DNA of 39,467 nt from a virus, in UHGV virus genome UHGV-0285531. The stretch is one strand, 5' to 3'. Made by a program: the position numbers and the translations under genes. Every line of letters begins with the position of its first letter. The stretch's first letter is position 1. Below are positions 1 to 10,600 of the stretch, piece by piece. The notes under the pieces were generated by a model. The model did no database searches and was not told the origin of the DNA. It saw nothing but the letters and a program-made list of their open reading frames with translations.

Positions 1-321
1 ATTGAAGATGATAGTGGCACCCAGTCTGAAGACACTGGTCGTCTACAGCTTCGTCGGGCTTGGGTCAACTACAAGGACACTGGCGCTCTGAGACTCATTG
101 TCAGAAACGGTGAGCGAGAGTTCGTTAACACCTTTAATGGGTACACCCTTGGTCAGCAAACCATAGGGACTACTAACATTGGTGACGGGCAGTATCGCTT
201 CGCTATGAATGGTAACGCATTAACCACAAGTCTAACCTTAGAGTCCGACTATCCTACCCCAGTGTCAATCGTTGGGTGTGGCTGGGAGGCGTCATACGCT
301 AAGAAAGCTCGTTCCGTCTAA
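1..321 (+). CDS. 12: tail tubular protein B (T7 gp12-like), C-terminal fragment; N-terminal part is at the other end of the window
   Basis: Frame-1 ORF open from base 1 to TAA 319-321 (ends ...GCGWEASYAKKARSV); in-frame continuation of the ORF that runs off the window end at 39467; lies between gp11 and gp13 as in T7. Confidence 0.8.
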   Translation: MEDDSGTQSEDTGRLQLRRAWVNYKDTGALRLIVRNGEREFVNTFNGYTLGQQTIGTTNIGDGQYRFAMNGNALTTSLTLESDYPTPVSIVGCGWEASYAKKARSV

Positions 322-345
322 CTTATTGAAGGGCCTATAGATTTA

Positions 346-368
346 CCTTAACTATCACTATAGGGACT
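346..368 (+). promoter_or_regulatory. phage RNAP promoter (phi13-like), +1 G at 363
   Basis: ccttaactatcactatagggact; one of 11 near-identical 23-nt sites sharing ACTATCACTATAGG; precedes gp13. Confidence 0.75.
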
Positions 369-397
369 ATAGGCCCTTAAGGTTATAAGGAGACTTT

Positions 398-874
398 ATG
401 TATATTCGCAAGGCTACGGAACCAGATGTCCACTACTTTCTGTGGCATCTTTCAGCAGATGATGTTAATGAGTGCAAAGCAAACTATGGGTCAACCGTTG
501 GTCTCTCTGAAAGACTGCTTAAGCACCTATCTCCGTCATCTGTGGTTTTAACGAACGGTGTAGGCGAAGTGTTTGCCTATGGTGGAAACCAAGGGGATAA
601 CGTATGGTTCTTGACTTCTGGTCTTGTCTATAAGCTGAGACCTAAAGAGAAGCGAGAGTTCATAAAGCGTATCTCTGAGTACAGGGACTTAATGTTAGAC
701 CAATACGGGACCATCTGGAACTACGTGTGGTCAGGCAATAAGTCTCACATTAAATTCTTGAAGTTGCTTGGGGCTAAGTTTCATGATGATTGGACTGTAA
801 GTCCGGTAACTGGTGAGCGTTTTCAATTATTCACTATCTCTAAGGAGGACGTATGTGCGAGCCAATTAGCATAG
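398..874 (+). CDS. 13: internal virion / core assembly protein (T7 gp13-like)
   Basis: ATG 398 with AGGAG 6 nt upstream; 158 aa; position between gp12 and gp14; overlaps gp14 start. Confidence 0.65.
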   Translation: MYIRKATEPDVHYFLWHLSADDVNECKANYGSTVGLSERLLKHLSPSSVVLTNGVGEVFAYGGNQGDNVWFLTSGLVYKLRPKEKREFIKRISEYRDLMLDQYGTIWNYVWSGNKSHIKFLKLLGAKFHDDWTVSPVTGERFQLFTISKEDVCASQLA

Positions 875-1440
875 GCATGGGTGTACTGTCTGTAGCCGGG
901 GCCACTATGTCCGCATCCCAACAGGCAAAGGCCGAAGGTGCAGCAATTGACGCTCAGAACCGACAGGCTCAGGAAATGGTTAAGCAGATGAACTACTCTG
1001 ACGCCAACCTGAAGATGCAGGAGCGATACATGAAGGAGCAGCAGATGGCTGAACTGACAGAGACCACGCTCAACGGTATTCGCAATCAGGGTATGGTCCG
1101 AGCTGCGGTGGCAGAGTCCGGTCTGGAAGGTAACTCTATGGACAGGATTGAACGTCAGGTCGAAGGAGATACAGTCAAGGAGCGAGCAGGTATTACCGAA
1201 AGTTACAACCGCGACTATGCGGCTATCTTCGGGAACCGTATCGCCAACATTGAGAACACCAAGTCTGCTATCCGTGGTCAAGGTAAAATCATCAAGACCA
1301 GTCCACTGGCCCATGCACTTAATGTTGCTAACGCCGGGATGCAAGGTTACGCCGCTGGTAAGTCAATCTCTGGAGCGTCAAGCTCTGGTGATGCTGCACC
1401 AATTAGTGCTGCTAAAGGCACACCTACAGGTCATAGCTAA
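853..1440 (+). CDS. 14: internal virion (core) protein B (T7 gp14-like)
   Basis: ATG 853 after AAGGAGGA; 195 aa starting MC..., Gln/Ala-rich like T7 gp14 (196 aa). Confidence 0.8.
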   Translation: MCEPISIGMGVLSVAGATMSASQQAKAEGAAIDAQNRQAQEMVKQMNYSDANLKMQERYMKEQQMAELTETTLNGIRNQGMVRAAVAESGLEGNSMDRIERQVEGDTVKERAGITESYNRDYAAIFGNRIANIENTKSAIRGQGKIIKTSPLAHALNVANAGMQGYAAGKSISGASSSGDAAPISAAKGTPTGHS

Positions 1441-1451
1441 GAGGAGGACTA

Positions 1452-3734
1452 ATGGCTAGTAATATTGAATCAGCTCTGGCTAATCGGACTATGGGTCGCG
1501 GCAGAGCGCCGGGTAAAACTATCGCCGTCAACTATCAAGCAGCCAACGTTCAGGCTCCGACTGGGGACTCCGGTCTTGCTCGTGCGTTAACCAACTTCGT
1601 TGAGTCTGGGACTGGATTGTACAAGCAGTTCAAGGACGAGGAGAAGACCAGAGCTGACGATCGGTCTAACGAGATTATCCGTAAACTGACACCTCAGCAA
1701 AGACGTGAGGCTATCCAGAACGGCACATTGCTGTATCAGGATGACCCTTACGCTATGGAAGCGCTTCGAGTCAAGACTGGTCGTAATGCTGCCTTTGCTG
1801 TAGACGACGAGATTAACGTTAAGATTCAGAACGGTGAGTTCCGTACACGTCAGGACATGGAAGAGTATCGCCACCAGCGACTTCAGGACGCCGCTAAGTC
1901 CTATGCTGAAGAGGCGGGTATCAACCCTACAGACGAGTTCTTCCAGCGTGGGTTCAACGATAACATCATAGACCGCAACATCGCTATCTATGGGTCTTTC
2001 AATAAGTATTTCAGCAAGCAGTCTGAAGAGACAGCAATGTTGAACACTCGTATTGAGATGAACTCATTCCTGAACGATGGCGACCTGATGCGTTCACCTG
2101 AGTCTGGCAAGACATTCACGGCCTACCTTCGTGATGGACTGACTACTGCTGCTATACCCTCGGACCAGCGAGCGCGGGAGGTCATTACCCAGACGGTCCG
2201 TGACGCAATCCAGAAGTCAGGCGGATCAAACTTCCTACAGCAAGTCCGTGGCGAGCGTATCACCCTTAACGGTGTTGACGCTACCATCGAAGAGATTGTA
2301 GGACCTGACGTCTTCAATGCTGCTATGGTTGAGGCCCAAGGTACTGAGTATAAACTGGTGGCTAAGTATCAGGAAGACTTGTCGTTAGGCGTTCAGTCTG
2401 CGATTCTTCAGGATGACCCAACCATCGGTCTGGCCCAGATTCAGAAACTCAAGGAGCAGAACAACCTGCTTCAGCCGGGTGAGGAACTAACGCCTCAGCG
2501 TCAGATGCTTATTAATGCCGAAGCCAGCTTACTGGAAGCGGTCAAGCGTAAGTCCGCTGAACAGGCTAAGGAGAACACTAAGTTAATCCAGACCCAGAAC
2601 AAGCAACTTGTCATCGACCAAGTGTATCAGCGACGTCTGGCTGGAGACAACGTGTCCACCAACTATGAGGACCTTCCGGTCTCTGAATCCACAGGAGAGT
2701 TCAAGCGTTCAGACATGAACAACTATGCGTCTGCTAAGCTACAGCAGATTGACCAGATGGACATCCCGGAGGCTGCTAAGGACGCCCAGAAGGTGGCATT
2801 GTTAAGGGCTGACACTAACAACGGTCCGTTCCGTAATGCCTTCCAGACTCTTACTCAGGACGCTGCTGGTGAGTGGCAAGCTGCCGTCATCCGTGGACAG
2901 TACGACCAAGACAAGATGCAACGCTTCGAGTCTCTTCGTCGTGCCTACACTCAGGACCCTTCAAGTTTTGCTGCTCTGTATCCTGACCAAGCTCAGTTGT
3001 TCTCTACGTTCGACCAGATGGACAAGATGGGTCTGGACCCTCAGACGATGATTGAAGCTGATAAGCAAGCTGCAAGTCAAAGCCGTGAGATGCGCATGGA
3101 GTCAGACAAGGCGTGGCAGGAGTTGAAGAACGACTCTCGGAATAAGGACCTTTCGCGGCTTCCTACGTCTCTGGACGCAAGTGCTCGTAAGGTCTGGGAC
3201 TCATGGTACTATCGTACAGGTAACGCTGACGCTGCAACTCAGCAGACTCAACGCTGGATGAATGAGAACACCGTAACGTTCCAGTCTGAAGGTTCTGATG
3301 GTAAGTCAATCGGCATGGTGTCCAAGCACCAGCTTATGGTCGGGGATAACCCAGAGTCGTGGCAGGTTGGTCGAGACATTATCGACACCGCCCGTAAGCA
3401 GCTCATTAAGGCCAACCCTTGGGTAGTGAACTCTCAGTTGTCCGTTGTTGAGCAGAACGGCTCTATCTTCCTCCAAGACGCTACAGGGACTATTCGTATT
3501 CGCTACGATAAAGAACTTGTAGGTAAACTCTACCGCGAACAACAGCAGAAGGCACAAGATGCCGCATACGCTCGGGCAGAACGTGACGCTAACAAGCGAG
3601 CGCGTATCGTCGGGACTAAAGCTGCTGGTGACAAACGTCGAGCTGACCGAGAGGCCAACATCGAGAAGCGCGGTGGGGTGTATAATGACGTCTCACTGGA
3701 GGGTATCGCAAACGTACTAATTGGTAAGGAGTAA
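1452..3734 (+). CDS. 15: internal virion (core) protein C (T7 gp15-like)
   Basis: ATG 1452 after GAGGAGGA; 760 aa; size and position as T7 gp15 (747 aa). Confidence 0.8.
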   Translation: MASNIESALANRTMGRGRAPGKTIAVNYQAANVQAPTGDSGLARALTNFVESGTGLYKQFKDEEKTRADDRSNEIIRKLTPQQRREAIQNGTLLYQDDPYAMEALRVKTGRNAAFAVDDEINVKIQNGEFRTRQDMEEYRHQRLQDAAKSYAEEAGINPTDEFFQRGFNDNIIDRNIAIYGSFNKYFSKQSEETAMLNTRIEMNSFLNDGDLMRSPESGKTFTAYLRDGLTTAAIPSDQRAREVITQTVRDAIQKSGGSNFLQQVRGERITLNGVDATIEEIVGPDVFNAAMVEAQGTEYKLVAKYQEDLSLGVQSAILQDDPTIGLAQIQKLKEQNNLLQPGEELTPQRQMLINAEASLLEAVKRKSAEQAKENTKLIQTQNKQLVIDQVYQRRLAGDNVSTNYEDLPVSESTGEFKRSDMNNYASAKLQQIDQMDIPEAAKDAQKVALLRADTNNGPFRNAFQTLTQDAAGEWQAAVIRGQYDQDKMQRFESLRRAYTQDPSSFAALYPDQAQLFSTFDQMDKMGLDPQTMIEADKQAASQSREMRMESDKAWQELKNDSRNKDLSRLPTSLDASARKVWDSWYYRTGNADAATQQTQRWMNENTVTFQSEGSDGKSIGMVSKHQLMVGDNPESWQVGRDIIDTARKQLIKANPWVVNSQLSVVEQNGSIFLQDATGTIRIRYDKELVGKLYREQQQKAQDAAYARAERDANKRARIVGTKAAGDKRRADREANIEKRGGVYNDVSLEGIANVLIGKE

Positions 3735-3738
3735 CATA

Positions 3739-6700
3739 ATGGCGACTCGTGGTATTCGCAATAACAATCCGGGTAACATCCGGATAAGTAAGGACCAATG
3801 GGAAGGAATGACTGGAGATGATGGTGCATTCGTCACCTTCGATAGCCCAGAGTCTGGCGTCCGAGCTTTAGGTAAAAACCTGCTGTCCTACGGTCGCCAA
3901 GGTTATGACTCCATCGAGAAGATTATCAACCGATGGGCGCCCCCTAACGAGAACGCCACTAAGGCTTATATTGACTCAGTGGTGGCTGCAACTGGTATTC
4001 CAGCTACCCAGAGTCTCGACCTATCGAACCCGGACACCCTGTCTTCTCTGGCTCAAGCTATCAGCTTCCATGAGACAGGCTCCCGGTACGACCCTGAAGT
4101 CTATCAGAAGGGAGTCGCACGAGCACTCAATGGCATTAGCCCAAAGACTCCACCAGTAAGCGCTAACGTATTTGACGCACTCACGGAAGGACTCAAGGCT
4201 AAACCTAAAGTAGCTCTGGGCGAGAACCTTCCGACCGCTGCTGGTCTAAACATTGAGGGTCAAGCACCTGAAGCTCCCAACGAATCGTTCGGTGAGATGT
4301 TCTATAAGTCTACTGGCGAGACCATGCAGGAACGAGAGGATCGCTCTACGTGGTTCGGTTTCGGCTCGGCTACAGAAGCTGAAGTGAAGAACTCTATGGT
4401 CGGCGTGGCTATCCGCGCTGGTCAGACCGAGGACTCACTTGATGTCATTGGCGATGTGTTCAACCCTACCCGCTGGAACAACCATAAGTGGTCTCGTGAG
4501 GAGCTGGACCAGATTCGTAACGCTGGAGTTCTCCCTCAGTATTACGGTGTCATTACTGGTGGCTCCCCTCAGAACCTGACCGAGCTTATTAACTTAGCGC
4601 TTGAGAACCAGAAGTTGGACCAAGAGAAGGCCAAGGCTGGGACTGGTGCTCAGTTAGCTGCTGGTGTGATTGGCGCTGGTGTGGACCCTCTGACCTACGT
4701 TCCTATCGCTGGACAGATTGGTAAGGGTGGCAAGCTGGTCAACAAGATGTTCACCGTGGCTGCTCAATCTGGAGCACTTGCTGGTGTATCAGAGATGGCC
4801 CGTACCTCAGTGGCTGGTGGTGATACTCATGTGGCTGAGGCTATCCTTGGTGGTGCTCTCTTCGGTGGCGGTATGACTGCTATCGCTGATGGCTTAGGTA
4901 GAGCCTTAGGCCGTAACACTAACGAGTTCGCTGGACCAGCCACACGTCTGGAAGCTCGTGAGACAGCCCGTAACGTTGATGGTCAGGACCTGTCTCGTCT
5001 ACCTATTCAAGAAGGTGAGGAGACCTTTAGACATCAAGGCGTTAAGTTCGCTGACGTTCCGAATGAGCCGGGTAGTGTACGACTGGAAGATGGTTCAATC
5101 CTGATTGGTGAAAACCCTCTGAACCCTAAGACACGTCAAGTCTTTGACGAAGTGATTGAGCCTGAACGGGCCGCTGCGGGTGTGAACCTTGGTGGTCTGA
5201 CTGAGATTGGCCTGAAGCTGCTTCGGTCTGAGAACCCTGAGATTCGTGGAGTAGCTTCTGACTTAGTGCGTTCACCAACTGGTATGCAGTCTGGGGCCTC
5301 AGGTAAAATCGGGACCACTGCGTCTGACGTATTCGAGAGACTTCGTGCTGTGGACCATCGGTTCTACAACGACATCGACGATGCGGTTACTGAGGCACTG
5401 AAGGACCCGTACTTCCAGACAGCATTCTGGCGAGACTCTGGAGCATTCCGTCAGGACATCTACCAGCGCGTGTCTATGGCTATCGAAGATGGCAGCGGAA
5501 ACCTGAAGGCTGAACTGACTCCGGGAGAACTGAAAGTCTATGACCTGCTGAAGAACCAGTTTGACGCCAAGCGTGAGATGATGGAGAACCCGGCGATGTT
5601 TGGTCGTCCAGACGCTCAGTCTATCTTTCCGGGTAGCCGCTTCAAGGGAACCTACGTCCCTCATGTGTATAGCAAACAGATGAAGGAGCTGTACACCAAG
5701 GAGCTTGGGAGTCCAGAGGCGTTGCAGGAGGCCATCAAGAAGTCATGGTTGACCAGCTATGCGTCTCGACCTGAAGTCAAGAAACGCGTGGACGAGGCAC
5801 TCTTAGAGTCTGACCCTACGTTGACTCCAGAGGGACTTGCTGCTGTGGTCGATAAGTACGCCAACGATAAGGCTTACGGTATCTCCCACACCGAGCAATT
5901 CGAACGTTCATCCGTAATGGAAGAGAACATCAACGGTCTGGTTGGTCTGGAGAACAACAGCTTCCTTGAGGCTCGTAACCTGTTCGATAGCGATATGTCA
6001 ATCGTCCTACCTAACGGTCAGACCTTCAGTGTCAACAACCTGCGTGAGTGGGACATGGACAAGATTGTCCCGGCCTACAACCGTCGAGTTAATGGCGATA
6101 TTGCTATCATGGCTGGTACAGGCAAAACCACGAAGGACATGAAGGACTTGGTTGAGACCATGATGAACAAGGCTGGGGATGACGGTAAGTTGAAAGGTGA
6201 AGTATCTACCTTACGTGACACCTTGAAGATTCTAACTGGTCGTGCTCGACGTGATGGTGCTGACGATGCAGCCTTCGCTACCGTGATGCGCACAATGACA
6301 GACCTATCGTTCTTCGCTAAGAATGCCTATATGGGTGTTCAGAACTTAACGGAGATTGGCGGTATGCTGGCCCGTGGTAACGTTCGTGCAATGCTGCATG
6401 GAGTCCCAATTTTCCGTGACCTAGCCTTCCGTAACAAGAAGGTTGGGGCCTCAGAGATTAAGGACCTGCACAATGTTATATTTGGTAAGGAACTTGATGA
6501 CTCAATCCGTCCGTCTAAACAGGATGTCATTGACCGTCTGCGATCTTACAGTGACCTCGGTCGTGGTACAGCTACAGCTCTGGGGACTGCCAAGTATTAC
6601 ACTGGCGAACTTGCAGCACGCTCTCCGTTCACTAAAGTCCTCAACGGTACGACCAACTACCTGTTAGATGCTGGACGTCAAGGCTTCCTGTCTGACATCG

Positions 6701-7626
6701 TGGAGCATAGCCTAACTGGTAGTAAGCGTAAGTTCGATGACCGCTGGCTGAAGACCGCTGGTATCTCTGACGAGCAGTGGAAGGGCATTAAGTCCCTCAT
6801 CCGTGAGTCAGTGACTCGTGGTCCAGACGGGAAGTATACCATCAATGATAAGAAGGCGTTCAGTCAGGACCCAAGGGCTATGGACCTATGGCGTATGGGT
6901 GATACCATCGCTGACGAAACGTTACTACGTCATCATAAGCTGTCCAACATGGACGCAAAGGCTTATGGTCCTCTCGCTAAGACTGTCCTTCAGTTTAAGA
7001 ACTTCGTCATCAAGTCCATCAATGGACGTACCATGCGAACCTTCTATAACGCCACGAAGAACAACCGAGCAATGGACGCTGCTCTGTCCACTGTGATCTC
7101 TATGGGTCTTGCTGGTATCTACTACATGGCTCAGGCGCACGTCAAGGCTTACGCTATGCAGGATGGTCGAGACCGTGACTACCTCAAGCAAGCTCTAGAC
7201 CCGACGATGATTGGATATGCAGCTCTTTCACGTAGTTCACATCTTGGTGGACCACTTGGGGTAGCTAACATTCTTGGTGGTATCGCTGGGTATGAGGACA
7301 CTAAGATGCTCCGTTCGTCTATCCTACCTCGTTCGCCAACAGAGAAGCCTGAACGTGCCATCGCGTATGGTGCAGCTACAAGCGACCCTGTGATGAATGT
7401 TGTTGGTAACTTCTTGGAGCAGGTTCCAGCTTTCGGATATGCTGCTAACGTTGGCGCTTCGGCTTACAACTTGGCTGGCTACCTCAAGGCTGATACTCGT
7501 GTCAACGAGCGTGACTACATGACCGGGATGTATAATACGTTCCGTGAACTGGTTCCGAACGACCCAATTACCCAGAAGCTGTTGCTTGGAACGTTTGAGG
7601 AGCAAGGTATCCACATCAAGGACTAA
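3739..7626 (+). CDS. 16: internal virion protein D (T7 gp16-like ejection protein) with a divergent N-terminal module
   Basis: Track ORF 3721-7626; likely start ATG 3739 (AAGGAG 8 nt upstream). Residues from about 200 onward align by recollection with T7 gp16 (e.g. ...PTRWN..., ARETARN, RSPTGMQSGASGK, GTYVPHVY, MPAYNRRVNGDIAIM); N-terminal ~150 aa (RGIRNNNPGNIR...) does not resemble the T7 SLT domain. Confidence 0.85.
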   Translation: MATRGIRNNNPGNIRISKDQWEGMTGDDGAFVTFDSPESGVRALGKNLLSYGRQGYDSIEKIINRWAPPNENATKAYIDSVVAATGIPATQSLDLSNPDTLSSLAQAISFHETGSRYDPEVYQKGVARALNGISPKTPPVSANVFDALTEGLKAKPKVALGENLPTAAGLNIEGQAPEAPNESFGEMFYKSTGETMQEREDRSTWFGFGSATEAEVKNSMVGVAIRAGQTEDSLDVIGDVFNPTRWNNHKWSREELDQIRNAGVLPQYYGVITGGSPQNLTELINLALENQKLDQEKAKAGTGAQLAAGVIGAGVDPLTYVPIAGQIGKGGKLVNKMFTVAAQSGALAGVSEMARTSVAGGDTHVAEAILGGALFGGGMTAIADGLGRALGRNTNEFAGPATRLEARETARNVDGQDLSRLPIQEGEETFRHQGVKFADVPNEPGSVRLEDGSILIGENPLNPKTRQVFDEVIEPERAAAGVNLGGLTEIGLKLLRSENPEIRGVASDLVRSPTGMQSGASGKIGTTASDVFERLRAVDHRFYNDIDDAVTEALKDPYFQTAFWRDSGAFRQDIYQRVSMAIEDGSGNLKAELTPGELKVYDLLKNQFDAKREMMENPAMFGRPDAQSIFPGSRFKGTYVPHVYSKQMKELYTKELGSPEALQEAIKKSWLTSYASRPEVKKRVDEALLESDPTLTPEGLAAVVDKYANDKAYGISHTEQFERSSVMEENINGLVGLENNSFLEARNLFDSDMSIVLPNGQTFSVNNLREWDMDKIVPAYNRRVNGDIAIMAGTGKTTKDMKDLVETMMNKAGDDGKLKGEVSTLRDTLKILTGRARRDGADDAAFATVMRTMTDLSFFAKNAYMGVQNLTEIGGMLARGNVRAMLHGVPIFRDLAFRNKKVGASEIKDLHNVIFGKELDDSIRPSKQDVIDRLRSYSDLGRGTATALGTAKYYTGELAARSPFTKVLNGTTNYLLDAGRQGFLSDIVEHSLTGSKRKFDDRWLKTAGISDEQWKGIKSLIRESVTRGPDGKYTINDKKAFSQDPRAMDLWRMGDTIADETLLRHHKLSNMDAKAYGPLAKTVLQFKNFVIKSINGRTMRTFYNATKNNRAMDAALSTVISMGLAGIYYMAQAHVKAYAMQDGRDRDYLKQALDPTMIGYAALSRSSHLGGPLGVANILGGIAGYEDTKMLRSSILPRSPTEKPERAIAYGAATSDPVMNVVGNFLEQVPAFGYAANVGASAYNLAGYLKADTRVNERDYMTGMYNTFRELVPNDPITQKLLLGTFEEQGIHIKD

Positions 7627-7644
7627 ACTATCACTATAGGAAAC
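7622..7644 (+). promoter_or_regulatory. phage RNAP promoter (phi17-like), +1 G at 7639
   Basis: actaaactatcactataggaaac directly after gp16 stop, upstream of the tail fibre gene. Confidence 0.75.
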
Positions 7645-7690
7645 GGGAGGCACTATCATAGGTCTCCTTTAATTCATAACAGGAGGCATA

Positions 7691-10600
7691 ATGTCCACGA
7701 TTACACAATTCCCTTCAGGAAACACTCAGTACAGGATTGAGTTCGACTACCTCGCCAGAACGTTTATTGTTGTTACGCTGGTGAATAGCTCTAACCCTAC
7801 CCTGAACCGTGTACTGGAAGTTGGTCGAGATTACCGATTCCTTAATCCAACGATGATTGAGATGTTGGTTGACCAATCAGGTTTTGACATCGTTCGTATT
7901 CACCGTCAGACTGGAACTGACTTAGTGGTAGACTTCAGGAATGGCTCAGTGTTGACAGCTAATGACCTGACCAATTCAGAGCTTCAGGCTATCCATATTG
8001 CAGAAGAAGGTCGAGACCAAACGGTTGACTTAGCGAAGGAATATGCCGATGCTGCTAGTAGCTCTGCTGGCAACGCTAAGGATAGCGAGGACGAAGCACG
8101 ACGAATCGCTGAGAGTATCAGGGAAGCTGGTCTAATTGGTTATATTACCCGTCGCTCCTTCGAGAAAGGCTACAACGTTACAACATGGAGCGAGGTCCTG
8201 CTATGGGAAGAGGATGGTGATTATTACCGCTGGGATGGTACGCTTCCAAAGAACGTTCCTGCTGGTTCAACTCCTGAAACTTCCGGTGGGATTGGATTAG
8301 GTGCGTGGGTTAGTGTTGGTGATGCTGCTTTAAGAAGTCAGATTTCAAATCCTGAAGGGGCAATACTCTACCCTGAATTACATAGAGCACGCTGGCTTGA
8401 TGAAAAAGATGTTCGTGGTTGGGGTGCTAAAGGTGATGGTGTCACTGATGATACAGCAGCGTTAACGAGCGCATTAAACGACATACCGGTTGGACAAAAG
8501 ATTAATGGCAATGGGAAGACATATAAGGTCACATCCCTGCCTGACATTAGTCGCTTCATCAACACTCGTTTCGTTTATGAGCGCATTCCCGGACAACCTC
8601 TTTATTATGCCTCTGAGGAATTTGTTCAGGGTGAGTTGTTCAAAATAACGGACACCCCTTATTACAATGCGTGGCCTCAGGATAAAGCGTTCGTATATGA
8701 TAATGTGATATATGCACCTTACATGGGTAGTGATCGTCATGGTGTTAGTCGTCTGCATGTATCATGGGTTAAGTCTGGTGATGATGGTCAAACATGGTCT
8801 ACTCCAGAGTGGTTAACTGATCTGCATCCAGATTACCCTACAGTGAACTATCACTGTATGAGTATGGGTGTATGTCGCAACCGTCTGTTTGCCATGATTG
8901 AAACACGTACTTTAGCCAAGAACGCATTAACCAATTGTGCATTGTGGGATCGCCCCATGTCTCGTAGCCTGCATCTTACTGGTGGTATCACTAAAGCTGC
9001 AAATCAGCAATATGCAACAATACATGTACCAGACCACGGACTATTCGTGGGTGATTTTGTTAACTTCTCTAATTCTGCGGTAACAGGTGTCTCCGGTGAT
9101 ATGACTGTTGCAACCGTAATAGATAAGGACAACTTCACGGTTCTTACACCCAACCAGCAGACTTCAGATTTGAATAACGCTGGAAAGAATTGGCACATGG
9201 GTACTTCTTTCCATAAGTCTCCATGGCGTAAGACAGACCTTGGTCTAATCCCTCGCGTCACAGAGGTGCATAGCTTTGCTACTATTGATAACAATGGCTT
9301 TGTTATGGGTTATCATCAAGGCGATGTAGCTCCACGCGAAGTTGGACTTTTCTATTTCCCTGACGCTTTCAATAGCCCATCTAGTTATGTTCGTCGTCAG
9401 ATACCATCTGAGTATGAACCAGATGCGTCAGAGCCGTGCATCAAGTACTATGACGGTGCATTATACCTTATCACTCGTGGCACTCGTGGGGATAGGCTAG
9501 GTAGCTCTTTGCATCGTAGTAGAGACATAGGTCAGACTTGGGAGTCACTGAGATTTCCACATAATGTTCATCATACTACATTACCTTTTGCTAAAGTAGG
9601 GGATGACCTTATTATGTTTGGTTCAGAACGTGCAGAAAATGAATGGGAAGCAGGTGCACCAGATGATCGTTACAAGGCATCTTATCCTCGCACCTTCTAT
9701 GCGCGCTTGAATGTAAACAATTGGAATGCAGATGATATTGAATGGGTTAACATCACTGACCAGATTTATCAGGGCGGAATAGTTAACTCAGGTGTAGGTG
9801 TTGGTTCGGTAGTTGTGAAGGATAATTACATCTACTACATGTTTGGTGGAGAGGACCATTTTAACCCATGGACCTATGGAGATAACTCAGCGAAGGACCC
9901 ATTCAAAGCGGATGGTCATCCCTCAGATTTGTATTGCTACAAAATGAAGATTGGCCCAAGCAATCATGTTTCCCGTGATTTCAGGTATGGTGCTGTACCT
10001 AACAGAGCTGTTCCCGTGTTTTTTGATACGAATGGGATTCGCACTGTTCCTGCGCCAATGGAATTTACAGGGGATTTGGGTTTAGGTCATGTGACTATTA
10101 GAGCCAGCACCAGTAGTAACATTCGCTCTGAAGTTTTAATGGAAGGTGAATATGGGTTTATCGGGAAATCTATACCGACTGATAACCCGGCAGGGCAGCG
10201 CACCATATTTTGCGGAGGCGACAGTACCAGTTCTTCTTCTGGTGCACAGATTACGCTTTATGGTGCAAATAATACCGACTCAAGGCGAATAGTTTACAAT
10301 GGTGCTGAGCATCTGTTCCAGACTGCTGACGTTAAGCCTTATAACGATAACGTCACTGCGCTTGGTGGGCCTAGCAACCGTTTCACCACTGCATACCTCG
10401 GAAGTAACCCTATTGTTACTTCTAACGGGGAGAGGAAAACAGAGCCGGTAGTTTTTGATGATGCTTTCCTTGATGCCTGGGGTGACGTTCACTACATCAT
10501 GTACCAGTGGTTAGATGCTGTTCAACTGAAAGGCAATGATGCTCGTATTCACTTCGGGGTTATTGCTCAGCAAATTCGTGATGTATTCATTGCACATGGT

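Noticed and set aside
1148-1459. + strand alternate-frame ORF inside gp14
   Set aside because: Fully embedded in gp14 with no RBS; sequence is low-complexity and basic, typical of an out-of-frame artefact
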